From an uncultured Clostridium sp. (lineage in GTDB: Bacteria; Bacillota; Clostridia; TANB77; CAG-508), in the NCBI GenBank assembly GCA_902491155.1, contig CABUGH010000006.1, forward strand, positions 2,805 through 66,804: a stretch of 64,000 nucleotides of DNA. Direction: 5' to 3'. Numbering within the stretch: the stretch's first letter is position 1; every line of letters starts with the position of its first letter. The notes beneath the pieces are model-generated. The model was not told the DNA's origin. It saw only the letters and a list, made by a program, of their open reading frames with translations, and did no database searches. Below are positions 46,342 to 56,645 of this stretch, one piece after another. A program made the position numbers and the translations under genes.

Positions 46342-47523
46342 TTATAAATTTATAATTTCTATTTTATCTCTATAAATTATTCCTGCCATATTACTTGATA
46401 GAGCTACATTTGTTATTTCTTGTGTTGCTTTATATCTTTTTACTAGCCATCCACCTGTATTTATAAATTCTATTTCTGTTCCTAGATTTAATGCTATTAT
46501 GTTCTCACATGTGTATATCTCTTTAGTTACTGCTTTTGCTGTGTATATTGATGTGTTTTTATTTTCTGTGTTTATTATTGTTACAACTGAATCTGCTGAA
46601 AACAGATCTGATGTTTTTTCTTCTATTTCTGCTACATTATTTGTTAATTCTATTGTTTGAAATGTTGTTTTTTTGTTTTCGTTGTTAAATAATTCTTCTT
46701 TATTTCCATCTAATGTAAATTCTGTTATTTTGTCTTTTGACATGCATGTTAATTTTTCCTTGTCTTGGTATTTTATATTTGTTATTAATTCGTTGTTTTC
46801 AAATTCATATGTTGCTACTTTTGAATTTTTTGAATCTGTTTTTGCTTTTTCTACTGAAAATACTTCTATTTGAGATTTTATATTTATTCCGGATGTATCT
46901 ATTTCTGCGATTGCTAAATATTTGTTATCATCTGTCATTGCAAAGTCTGATACTCTCATTGTTGATATAAATTTATTAAATAACGGTTCTCCTTTTTCGT
47001 CATATACCGCTATTATTGTTTTATAACTTGTGTCTACTAATTTTATTGCTACATATCCATTCTTACTTATACTTACTTGTGCTATATTTCCTTCTACTGT
47101 TTTTTCCCATGCTATATCTTTATCTGTGACATAATATATTTTTTTTCCCTTATTTTCTGCTATTGCTAGATACCTATTATTTGAAGCAAATATTGGGTTT
47201 GAAATTTCTACTTGTAGACTTTTTTCTTCTTTTGCAGTACTTCCATATATTTTAAATTCGTTTTTACTTAGAACACCTATGTATTGATTATATGCATACA
47301 CTTGTGGATTATCCTCTTCTTTTATATCGATCGTTGCTAGTTTATCTTGATTGACTTCTTTTCTTAAAATTTGTGTATCAAACCATTCTCTGAAATTTTC
47401 ATTCTTTATATATCTTATTCCTATTGTTATTATTGCTATTACTACTATAGCTATTATTATAATTATTGCTATTCTTTTTTTGTTTATTTTTTTGGTCTCT
47501 GGTTCTTTCCAAAAATTTTTCAA
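46342..47523 (-). CDS. Membrane-anchored repeat protein (DUF5711-like)
   Basis: N-terminal TM, then beta-rich repeats (…NRYLAIAE…, …NKYLAIAE…). The family name is from memory only. Confidence 0.4.
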   Translation of the reverse strand: MKNFWKEPETKKINKKRIAIIIIIAIVVIAIITIGIRYIKNENFREWFDTQILRKEVNQDKLATIDIKEEDNPQVYAYNQYIGVLSKNEFKIYGSTAKEEKSLQVEISNPIFASNNRYLAIAENKGKKIYYVTDKDIAWEKTVEGNIAQVSISKNGYVAIKLVDTSYKTIIAVYDEKGEPLFNKFISTMRVSDFAMTDDNKYLAIAEIDTSGINIKSQIEVFSVEKAKTDSKNSKVATYEFENNELITNIKYQDKEKLTCMSKDKITEFTLDGNKEELFNNENKKTTFQTIELTNNVAEIEEKTSDLFSADSVVTIINTENKNTSIYTAKAVTKEIYTCENIIALNLGTEIEFINTGGWLVKRYKATQEITNVALSSNMAGIIYRDKIEIINL

Positions 47524-47610
47524 TTTTTTATTTTCCTCCTATTATTTTTATTTTTCTTTTGATGTTTTTATTTTACTATAAAATATTAAAAATGGCAATG
47601 TTTTTATTAT

Positions 47611-48648
47611 TCATTTATTGTGTTTTTGAGTTTTTAGCCCTATCAGTATTATTTGTAGGATTCCTATATATCCAAATATTGGATATATAAATTTTATAAG
47701 AGCTGAAAATCCTATTTTTGAAATCGGAATTGAACTTATGCATATTAAATATAAGATTACTTTTTTGTTTTTTGTTTTTTTTACATTTTGTAGTAATCCT
47801 GCTATTAAAGATATCGCTGTTGTTAGTATTGATGTTAATATAACAATTCCATATAGCATTTTAAATTTTGGCAAATGTTTTATTATAACATATGATACTG
47901 GCATTTCTAGCATTTTTATATTTATATCTATTTTTAACATTGAGATAAATATTGAGATTGCTAATGTCAAAACTATAGTTGATATAATTATGCTTATTTG
48001 TGATATTTCTTTTTGTTTTATTATTTTGTTTAAGCTTATTAATACTGGTATCAATAAAATGCTATTATAACTAGAATATATTATACCACTTACTAGCCAA
48101 CTGCTGTTTTTTATTGTTTCTATTTCTTTTATTTTGTTTACAATGTTTATTGAAGTTGCTGTATAAATTCCTATTATTGCTATAAAGATTATTAATATTG
48201 GAACTATTAATTCACTGACATTTACTATCCCTTTTGTTTCTTTTAGCATTATTATTATGCAAATAACTGCTAATATTGAGCTGCCAATTATTTGCGGTAT
48301 TTCTACAGTTTCTGATAAATACCCTCCAAATCCTGCTATCATTATATAAAATGTTATTAAAATGAATATATTTATTATTGCATTTATTATTTCCAAAACT
48401 TTTTCGTTTTTTAAATTCTTAGGTATTATACTTACTAAAAATTCTTTATATGTTGTTACATTGTTTTTCTTTATTATTGTTATTGTTTTATATATTATTA
48501 TTCCCAATATTATGCTTGAGATTATAATACCATATATTCCTCTTATTCCATAAGAAAAGAAAAACAAATAAATTTCTTGACCTGATGCAAATCCTGCTCC
48601 TATCAATGCTCCTATTATAACTAATGCTATTTTTATATAACTTCTCAT
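47611..48648 (-). CDS. YkvI-family membrane protein
   Basis: IALVIIGALIGAGFASGQEIYLFF is the YkvI-family N-terminal signature. About 10 TM segments. Confidence 0.65.
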   Translation of the reverse strand: MRSYIKIALVIIGALIGAGFASGQEIYLFFFSYGIRGIYGIIISSIILGIIIYKTITIIKKNNVTTYKEFLVSIIPKNLKNEKVLEIINAIINIFILITFYIMIAGFGGYLSETVEIPQIIGSSILAVICIIIMLKETKGIVNVSELIVPILIIFIAIIGIYTATSINIVNKIKEIETIKNSSWLVSGIIYSSYNSILLIPVLISLNKIIKQKEISQISIIISTIVLTLAISIFISMLKIDINIKMLEMPVSYVIIKHLPKFKMLYGIVILTSILTTAISLIAGLLQNVKKTKNKKVILYLICISSIPISKIGFSALIKFIYPIFGYIGILQIILIGLKTQKHNK

Positions 48649-48692
48649 AAAAAAGACCCCATTTAATTATATGAGGTCTTTTTTATTAAATT

Positions 48693-50249
48693 CTATTTTT
48701 TTCTTCTTCTTATTTGCCAAACTATGATTCCTGCTACTATTATTACTAAAGGTATTGCAAATATTATCGTTAATATTATTCTGTTTTCTGTTTCTGTTGC
48801 TGTATATGTTACTGTTCCTGTGCTTTTTCTTGCAGTTATGTCATCTTCTCTATCTACTAAATATGATATTGAATTTAATGCTAAATCTTTATTTTGTCTA
48901 TATTGTATAACTGGAGTCTGTGTGCTTGATGTTAACGGCATGTCTGATATGAAATAATTTTCTCCATATATTATTAATTTTGATGTTTTTGCTTTTTCTC
49001 CTGTTTCTTCATTTGCTTCTGTTATTGTTTTTGTCATCATTTCTCCTACTGTATATGATCCTACTTCATCGTCATCTTCTGCTTCATCCTGACTGTTTGT
49101 GAAGTTTGTTCTAAAATAGCTCTTTTCACTTGTTTTTAATAATTCTGTTTTTTCTACATTTAATTCTGTTAATTTATCTGAATCCATTGTATTTATCTTT
49201 GTTGCATCTATAAATATTACACCTTCTGCATTTACTAATTTCTTAGTAACATCTGTACTTTGAATGTTTGGTAATATTAAATCTGGTTGATTTGATAGCA
49301 TTCTATCTGAATCCGCTTCTCTAATTATTCCTAAACTAAATGGATTTATTCCATACATTGCTAATATTTTGTTTACATTTGGTGTTTCTATATTTTGTGC
49401 TGTTGCTGCTTGGAACCATAATATATTTTTACCTGAATTTATATAATCTATTATTGCATTTGTTGCTATTTCATCAAAATCTTTTGATGGCATTGTTATT
49501 ACTAATGTATCACAATCATCTGGTATTTTTCCTGTTGTTAATACATCAACTGTTTCTACATCATAAATTTCATTTTCTAAGTATGCATTTAAATATTGCA
49601 TTCCACTACTTAATGATAATTTTGAATATCCAGATAAGAAGTATACTTTTGGTACTGTGTCTGTTGTAACTGTTTGAATTGTTGCTGTTAATTTTTCTTC
49701 TGCTATACTTATGCTTTCATATGTTGTTGAATCATATGTTACTAAATCTTGTGATGATAATATTTTATATTTTTCTCCACATTCTGCTATTATTGCTGTT
49801 GTTCCACTTTCTATTCCATATTTTTGTACTAGGTCTGGTCTATCATTTGCTTTTACTGCTTCTACTTTTATATGGTTATTTACTTTGCTATATTGTTTTG
49901 CTAAATCTAGTGTTGAGTCATCATCACTATATTCTACAAAATATAAAGTTACATCTTTTTCAATGTTTTTTACTTTGTCTTTACTTGCTTGTGTTAATGT
50001 AAATAATTTTTCTTTGCTAAAATCTAATGGTGTTAGTGATGCTTTTTGCAATCCTATATTTACTCCGAAAAATATTGCTAGTATTATTAATACTAATAAT
50101 GTTGTTTTTGTTCCATTTATTAACCATTTTTTCTTTATTGTCTCTATAAATTTATTTGGCTTTTTTTCTTTATTTTTCTTTTCTTTGTTTTTTACTGTTT
50201 TACTATTTGGATTTTCTATTTTTTTCTCTTTTTTATCACTTTTTTTCAA
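48693..50249 (-). CDS. GldG-like ABC-transporter auxiliary protein (ABC_transp_aux)
   Basis: N- and C-terminal TM anchors around a large extracytoplasmic domain. It sits immediately downstream of an ABC-2 permease and an ATPase, as in gldAFG-type operons. Confidence 0.6.
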   Translation of the reverse strand: MKKSDKKEKKIENPNSKTVKNKEKKNKEKKPNKFIETIKKKWLINGTKTTLLVLIILAIFFGVNIGLQKASLTPLDFSKEKLFTLTQASKDKVKNIEKDVTLYFVEYSDDDSTLDLAKQYSKVNNHIKVEAVKANDRPDLVQKYGIESGTTAIIAECGEKYKILSSQDLVTYDSTTYESISIAEEKLTATIQTVTTDTVPKVYFLSGYSKLSLSSGMQYLNAYLENEIYDVETVDVLTTGKIPDDCDTLVITMPSKDFDEIATNAIIDYINSGKNILWFQAATAQNIETPNVNKILAMYGINPFSLGIIREADSDRMLSNQPDLILPNIQSTDVTKKLVNAEGVIFIDATKINTMDSDKLTELNVEKTELLKTSEKSYFRTNFTNSQDEAEDDDEVGSYTVGEMMTKTITEANEETGEKAKTSKLIIYGENYFISDMPLTSSTQTPVIQYRQNKDLALNSISYLVDREDDITARKSTGTVTYTATETENRIILTIIFAIPLVIIVAGIIVWQIRRRKK

Positions 50250-50262
50250 AACCTTTACCTCC

Positions 50263-50949
50263 CTATTTTACACTTTTTCTTCTTTGCATAAATGTTATTG
50301 TTAAAACGATGCTTGTTATTGCTGAAGTTACAAATGTTATTGTGTCTGCTATATCAATTTCTCCTTGTGTATATTTGTATAACATATTTACAAATGATAA
50401 TCCACTTAAATTTTGATTAAAATCTGGTAATACCCATGTTATTAAGAAAAATGCTATTGATATAATCGCTGCTATTATTTGGTTTTCTGTGATACTTGAT
50501 GCTAATATTCCAAATGCTATGTATGTCATACAGAATAGTAGAAATCCTAACATTGTTACTAATGCTGTTTGTATGTGTGGTGTTCCAAAATGGCATGTAA
50601 TTGCAAAGTACATAAAACTTATTAATTCTGTTATTATTACAACTATTGCTGCTGCTATAAATTTTCCTAATACTATTTTTGTTATGCTAAGTGGTGATGT
50701 TAATAATAACTGTTCTGTTCCTGATTTTCTTTCTTCTGAAAAAGATCTCATTGTTAATAGTGGTATTATTACTGCTAATACTATTATTGTTGGTAATGAA
50801 TAATATATTCGTTCTAAGTTTACACTTCCTGCTCCTATAACACTAAAATAAAATGATATACTTAATGCTATTAAAAATACTCCTATAAATACATATCCCA
50901 TAGGTGTGGTAAAATATGATTTTAATTCTTTTTTTATTACTGCCCACAT
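50263..50949 (-). CDS. ABC-2 type transporter permease (GldF-like)
   Basis: 228 aa with six TM segments. The start IKKELKSYFTTPMGYVFIGVFL is typical of ABC-2 permeases. Confidence 0.7.
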   Translation of the reverse strand: MWAVIKKELKSYFTTPMGYVFIGVFLIALSISFYFSVIGAGSVNLERIYYSLPTIIVLAVIIPLLTMRSFSEERKSGTEQLLLTSPLSITKIVLGKFIAAAIVVIITELISFMYFAITCHFGTPHIQTALVTMLGFLLFCMTYIAFGILASSITENQIIAAIISIAFFLITWVLPDFNQNLSGLSFVNMLYKYTQGEIDIADTITFVTSAITSIVLTITFMQRRKSVK

Positions 50950-50952
50950 GAT

Positions 50953-51891
50953 TTAGTTACCCCCTTCTATTAGTTTCATAAATGCATCTTCTAGTGTTGC
51001 ATCTGCTTTTTTCATTTCAAATATTGTTATATTTTCTTTTGCAAATTCTTGAAATAATATTTTTCTTAAATCTGTATCATTAGTTGATTCAATTAAATAT
51101 TGTTTTGTTTTATCATCATTTTCTTTTATAAATTCTATTTTTGTTATTTCTTTTATATTTTTTGCTACTTTTTCTATTTTGCTTTCTGTATCTTCTACTG
51201 TAACATAAATATCATTTTTATTTGTTACTTTGTTTTCTAGGTTTTCTGGTGTATCTACAGCTATTATTTTTCCTTTATTTATTATTATTACTTTTTGGCA
51301 TATCTGACTTACTTCTGATAATATGTGTGAGCTTAATATTATTGTGTGTGTTTTTCCTAAACTCTTTATCAAATTTCTTATTTCTGTTATTTGCTTTGGA
51401 TCTAATCCTACTGTTGGTTCATCTAGTATTAGTATTTTTGGTTCTCCTACTAGTGCCCCTGCCATACTTACTCTTTGTTTATATCCTCTTGATAAATTTC
51501 TTGTTAATTTTTTTTCTACATCTTTTAGTCCTGTTTCTTCTATTATTTTTTCTACTTGTTCTTTTCTGGTTTTTCTATCTACTTTTTTGATCTCTGCCAT
51601 ATATGTTACAAATTCTTTTACTGTCATATCTGTGTATATTGGCACTCCCTCTGGCATATACCCAATTTCTTTTTTTGCTTTTCTTGGCTTTTTTTCAATA
51701 TCAAATCCATCTATTACTATAGTTCCTTCTGTTGGTTCTATAAAACCTGTTATCATATTCATTGTTGTACTTTTTCCTGCTCCATTCGGACCTAATAGAC
51801 CTATGATTTCTCCATCTTTAATTGTGAAGCTGATATTGTCTACGGCTACAACTTTTCCGTATTTTTTTGTGACGTTTTTTACTTCAATCAC
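50953..51891 (-). CDS. ABC transporter ATP-binding protein
   Basis: Walker A GPNGAGKST, signature LSRGYKQR, Walker B ILILDEP. Confidence 0.9.
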   Translation of the reverse strand: MIEVKNVTKKYGKVVAVDNISFTIKDGEIIGLLGPNGAGKSTTMNMITGFIEPTEGTIVIDGFDIEKKPRKAKKEIGYMPEGVPIYTDMTVKEFVTYMAEIKKVDRKTRKEQVEKIIEETGLKDVEKKLTRNLSRGYKQRVSMAGALVGEPKILILDEPTVGLDPKQITEIRNLIKSLGKTHTIILSSHILSEVSQICQKVIIINKGKIIAVDTPENLENKVTNKNDIYVTVEDTESKIEKVAKNIKEITKIEFIKENDDKTKQYLIESTNDTDLRKILFQEFAKENITIFEMKKADATLEDAFMKLIEGGN

Positions 51892-52035
51892 GAGAAATTC
51901 CTCCTTACATTTTATTTTTATTAGACTCTAGTCTTGTTTTCTTTTACTATGATATCATTTTGTTTTTTTGTTGTAAAGTTTTTCACAAGAATTTCACATT
52001 ACGGAAATACAATTTTTAGAACATTTTGACAAAAA

Positions 52036-52126
52036 AAACAAAAGCGGACATTAATATCATTAATACTTTTCATATGTCTTTGTTCGTGTATGAAATTTGT
52101 TTTAGCAAATTTATGTGCTTTGTTCT
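52036..52126. repeat. Dispersed intergenic repeat, copy B (inverted relative to copy A)
   Basis: See 3176-3281. Contains caaaagcggacattaat … gtctttgttcg … gaaatttg … aaatttatgtgc. Confidence 0.6.
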
Positions 52127-52136
52127 TTTTAATATG

Positions 52137-52167
52137 AAAAAACTCTCTTTTGTTAAGAGAGTTTTTT
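52137..52167. terminator. Bidirectional terminator overlapping the stop codon of the surface-protein gene
   Basis: 11-13-bp stem AAAACTCTCTT / AAGAGAGTTTT, 5-nt loop, with A/T runs on both sides. Confidence 0.7.
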
Positions 52168-54223
52168 CAATTTTATTTTAACTATAATTGCATTTACTAC
52201 TATTACAAATATTAATATTATATATTTAAATTCTTTTCCTGCAAAAGGTAACCTTTTAATTTTTGTTGTATAATCTTTTTTATCATTGCCATTAATTTTT
52301 TCCTCATCTGATTTTTGATTATTATTTTTTTCATTATTTTTATTGTTTTCGTCATTTTTTGTTGTTGTATTTAAGTAATCACTACTGTAAAATGAAACTT
52401 CTGTCCAGTTAGAAGAATTATAGCCTATTAATAATTTGCCATCTTCTATGGATGCACTTTCTGCTTCTCCTGCAAGAATCTGATTTGATATGTATAATGT
52501 CTTTTCATGTTCTCCATTCATATTATAAACAAATAATACATTGCTGTATTTTTCTCTATTGTTATATTTTTTTTGATATGTGCTTTCTCTTCCTGTCTCA
52601 AAGCATATCCAATAGATTTTTCCATTATAATATGTTATATCTTGTTTTGTTAGATTATTGGTTTTTAGTGTAAATATTTTTGTACTATTTTTTAAATCTT
52701 CATCTATCTCATAAACGTCATTTCCAGATATTCCTATGAAGTTGTGATTATCATTATTATATGTTAATGCATAATAGTATTTGTCTGTTTCTGTGTTTAT
52801 AACATCTTCTAATTCATAATTATCAGATATTTTAAATGATGTTATATAACTTTTTTTGTCCTTCTGATAAGAAATATAGCACCTATCATTCTTATTGTTA
52901 TAAGCCATATTATTAGCATGTCCAAAGCAATAATCATCTACTGTATTTAATATTTCATATGTGTTTTTGTCAACTATATTTATTTTTGTGTTTTTTTCTT
53001 CTGTTTCCATCTGAGCAAATATTAAATATTTATCTGTTGTTACCATACCTTGAATACTGCAGTTTGCTATGTCCTGGTTTCTTTTGTATTTCTTTTCTAA
53101 TCTTATGTCTATTGGTGTAATATTCCACTCGTCAAATTTGCTCCAATCTTCTTTTTCTTCTGTGCGTATTGGATACATATCATCTTCTTGATTTTTAGCT
53201 GTGTTTTTTTGTATATTTCCATTTTTGTAAATTAATATTCCACTTGTCCAATCAATGCCTCCTCCTGTTGTGTTTGCAATGTTATTTGTGATATTTGCAT
53301 TCTCTAATATTAATTTACCATCTACTCTGACGCCTCCTCCTGCATTTTGTGTTGCTTTATTTTGAGTTATTGTTCCTCCTGAAATTTTTCCTTCTTCTTT
53401 TATCATTATGCCTCCGCCATATGTTAGTGCTATGTTATTGCTTATATTGGTCTCATCTCCTAAAACTGTAATATTGCCATAAGAATATATTCCTCCTCCA
53501 CTTCCTTTTGTTGCTTTGTTCTCATTTATTTTAGTATTATTTACTTGTATTTCACTTTCTGTATTTGCTACATATGCTCCTCCTCCATAGCTTCCTTCAT
53601 TTTTTTCAATCTTGCTGTTTTCTATTAATGTTTTTGATGTGTTTATATATATTCCTCCTCCATATTGATCAGAAACATTGTTTTGTATTGTTCCTCCGCA
53701 TTATATTTGCTGTTGTATTTGTTAGTGAAATTCCTCCTCCATTTTCTGTTGAATGATTGTTTTGGATATTTATATTATTATTAATTATTAATTCTCCTTT
53801 TTCACTATTTATTAATGGCTTATTTGAGGTTACTTTTTCTTTATTTCCATCAAATGTTATGTTGCCTTTCATTTCATCATTACCTAATATCAATATTCCT
53901 TTATTTTCTAATAAACTCTCTTTGAATTCTTGCTTTCTTTGTATTACTACATTGTTTGTTGTTATTATAAGTATTTTTTGATTTTCTTTAATTGTTATTG
54001 TAGAATCTGCTTCCCAGTTTTCACTTTTATTTGTCTCTATTACTATTTTTTTAGTTGTATTATTTGTTGATTCTATCTCTTCTTTTAGTTTTTCCCAACT
54101 GTTTACTATTTTTATATTTCCTTCATTATTATCTCGGCTGTATACTATATTAATATTTGAGCACATTAGCACTAATATTATTTGAATATATATTAGTTTT
54201 TTTAATATTTGTAATATTTTCAT
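52153..54223 (-). pseudogene. Cell-surface protein with beta-helix (GGG[IA]-type, PMP-like) repeats and an LPxAG-like C-terminal anchor, interrupted by one frameshift
   Basis: The signal peptide ORF (53669-54223) ends …GGGISLTNTTANIMRRNNTKQCF*. A second frame is open from 53700 (CGGTIQNNVSDQYGGGIYIN…GGGAYV…GGGIYS…GGGIMIKEEG…) down to 52153, so the two frames overlap at 53669-53700. The C-terminus RLPFAGKEF is followed by a hydrophobic stretch and KLKK. Confidence 0.6.
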
Positions 54224-54358
54224 TTTCTTCTCCTTTCGTTGTTGTGTTTACATTTATTATATCATATTCTAATAATGAATTGTGTTACAACTATGTTTCA
54301 ATACTATTACACACAAATTACATTTTTGTTTAAATTTTGATTTTTTTATTTTTTAATA

Positions 54359-54387
54359 TTGACATTGCTCGCTTTTTGTGTTAATAT
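54359..54387 (+). promoter_or_regulatory. Sigma-A promoter for tRNA-Arg
   Basis: TTGACA (54359-64), 17-nt spacer, TAATAT (54382-87). Confidence 0.7.
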
Positions 54388-54406
54388 ATGTATTGTTCTA
54401 AGTTAT

Positions 54407-54483
54407 GGGTCAATAGCTCAGTTGGATAGAGCACACGCCTTCTAAGCGTGGGGTCGGGGGTTCGAACCCCTCTTGGCCCACCA
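54407..54483 (+). tRNA. tRNA-Arg (TCT)
   Basis: GGGTCAATAGCTCAGTTGGATAGAGCACACGCCTTCTAAGCGTGGGGTCGGGGGTTCGAACCCCTCTTGGCCCACCA. The anticodon loop is CTTCTAA and the acceptor stem has 7 bp. Confidence 0.9.
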
Positions 54484-54521
54484 ATAACAAATCTGTTCGA
54501 ATTAATAGAATAGATTGATAC

Positions 54522-54553
54522 AAATATCATTCAGAGATGGATGATATTTTTTT
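54522..54553 (+). terminator. Terminator after tRNA-Arg
   Basis: 9-bp stem AAATATCAT / ATGATATTT with a 10-nt loop and a T-run. Confidence 0.6.
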
Positions 54554-55010
54554 ATTGCAAAAATGTCATTCAAGAAAGAATGGTGTCTGTAATGAAGATA
54601 ATTAAACAAGAAATACAATTTTAGGAAAGATTAAATTATCAGAATTAGAAACGTATTTGAAAAGGATTTAATGGCGTTCATTCTATAAATTTTATTTTAG
54701 GAATATATTTGACATTTTATAATTATCTGTGTGTAAATATAGGAAATGAATAACCGCAGTGAATGCGGTTAACACTACATAAAAGTATAACAACACATTC
54801 GCATATTGGCATAGTGGAATGTGCTGTTATTTTTCTTCCTTATTTATAATTGAATTTACATATTTTATGTATAAAATCGTTAATAAGGTTACGTTTACTG
54901 TTGCTGATACCATTAAGGCATATATAAAAAAGTAGATTTGAGCTAAAGTCTTAACTCAAATCTATTTTTTTATATGAGACTTTTTTACACCCCCTTTTTA
55001 TATTTTAATT

Positions 55011-55928
55011 TTATAATTTATCTATATATTTCTTTTTTATTACATAAGATGAATGTACGTAAATTCCTAATGTAACACTTACATTTGAGTGACCTAAAAT
55101 TTCACTTAATGATTTTACATCCATTCCTACTCTTACGCATTTTGTTGCAAATGTGTGTCTTAGACAATGAAATTTTTTATATTTTATATTACACCTTCTT
55201 AAAAGTCTCCTATATGTGTATCTATATCCTAAAGGTTCAATTAGTCTATCTTCTCTTCCTGTTAATATAAAAGCTTCTTTTGAATATTTTTTTGATAACT
55301 CTCTTAAATTTTCATATAATATTTTAGCTAATGGTATTTCTCTAATTGATTTTTTGGTTTTTGGACTTGTTAAAATTATTTTAGTATCATTTTTATTAAC
55401 ATATATTCTTTGTACAGTGTGTGTTACTTTTATTGATTTATTTTCAAAGTCAATGTCGCGCCATCTTAGTGCACATATTTCTCCTATTCTCATTCCAGAA
55501 TACATACTTATTAATATTCCTATTTCGTTTAATCGATTTGATTTTAGAATATAATTTTCTATTTTCCTTCTTTCTTTTTCATTAAATACTTCTACTTCTT
55601 CTTCTGTTGCTAATGGTGTTGATATTAAATCTAATTTGAAGTCCATATCATATTTTCTTTCTGCATATTTTAATACTGATTTTAATACTATTGTTATATC
55701 TTTAATTGTTTTATTTGATAATTTTTTTTGCAACCTTTCTATATATCTATTTATGTCTTCATTTCTTAAATCTTGTAGCCTTTTTCCTCCAAAATCTTTT
55801 TTTATGTATCTATTGATTTTAAAACTGTAATTTGAATATGTTGATTCTTTAATCCTTAGCTTTTTATATGATAGCCATTCATCACATATTTGGTCAAATT
55901 TTTCTTTTTCTACGTTTAATTGTTTCAT
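55011..55928 (-). CDS. Tyrosine-type site-specific recombinase/integrase
   Basis: SGMRIGEICALRWRDI (Arg box), HCLRHTFATKC and LGHSNVSVTLGIYVH (H-x-x-R … H … Y). 305 aa. Confidence 0.85.
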   Translation of the reverse strand: MKQLNVEKEKFDQICDEWLSYKKLRIKESTYSNYSFKINRYIKKDFGGKRLQDLRNEDINRYIERLQKKLSNKTIKDITIVLKSVLKYAERKYDMDFKLDLISTPLATEEEVEVFNEKERRKIENYILKSNRLNEIGILISMYSGMRIGEICALRWRDIDFENKSIKVTHTVQRIYVNKNDTKIILTSPKTKKSIREIPLAKILYENLRELSKKYSKEAFILTGREDRLIEPLGYRYTYRRLLRRCNIKYKKFHCLRHTFATKCVRVGMDVKSLSEILGHSNVSVTLGIYVHSSYVIKKKYIDKL

Positions 55929-56251
55929 TTTTTACCACTCCTATTTTTTTATTGATAAATATATCATATTGTTACCAATTGGAACAAAGTTATAGTTAGT
56001 TTTGTTTTTAGGTAAATTTATTTTTTTCATTTTTACATTGTGTTATATTTTATTGTTTAAACTCGTGAATATTATTTTAGTTTTTTGTAATACTAATAGT
56101 GTTATGTTTTATTATATATTTTTGTCGATTTTAGTCGAATTTTGAACTGATTCAGTTTTATTTTACCAATTGGAAATTTTCATATTTTTAGTTTGTTCTA
56201 TATTTATTTATTAATTGTTATACTTATTTATATCATATGGAGGTGCTCATT

Positions 56252-56590
56252 ATGGGATCAGATGTCAAATATACCATAGATTCTGCTATCGGTAAGGTTT
56301 TTAAATCTTATCGCAAAAAGCAAAATTTAACTCAAGATCAAATAGCAGAAAAGCTTGATATCTCTGAAAAATATATTTCTCGATTAGAAAATGGTAATAG
56401 TGGTGTTAAATTAGAAACTTTAATAAATTATATGAATATTTTAGGTATTGCACCTAATGTTGTTTTTAAGGATTTAATGACAAATAAAAATGTGGTTTTT
56501 CAAATAAATTTATCTCAAAAAATTAGTGAATTGTCTGATGATAGGCAACATTTTATTGATAAAATAGTTGATGATTTAAAAGTTTTATAA
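56252..56590 (+). CDS. XRE-family HTH regulator
   Basis: FKSYRKKQNLTQDQIAEKLDISEKYISRLENGNSGVKLETLINYMNILGI. GGAGGTG RBS lies upstream of the ATG at 56252. Confidence 0.8.
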   Translation: MGSDVKYTIDSAIGKVFKSYRKKQNLTQDQIAEKLDISEKYISRLENGNSGVKLETLINYMNILGIAPNVVFKDLMTNKNVVFQINLSQKISELSDDRQHFIDKIVDDLKVL

Positions 56591-56645
56591 TCACATAAAA
56601 AATCAGTATGTAAAAATATACTGATTTTTTATTTATTTCATATAA

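Noticed and set aside
52026-52057. TTGACA at 52026-31 as a promoter driving repeat copy B as an sRNA
   Set aside because: The best -10 (TAATAT, 52052-57) is 20 nt away, which is too far. No equivalent -35 exists at copy A.
3176-52126. Repeat copies A and B are inverted relative to each other and 49 kb apart: terminal inverted repeats of a giant mobile element?
   Set aside because: The interval holds core housekeeping genes (addB, rnc, topA, tmk, tRNAs). A third partial copy exists outside the interval. A dispersed intergenic repeat is the simpler explanation.
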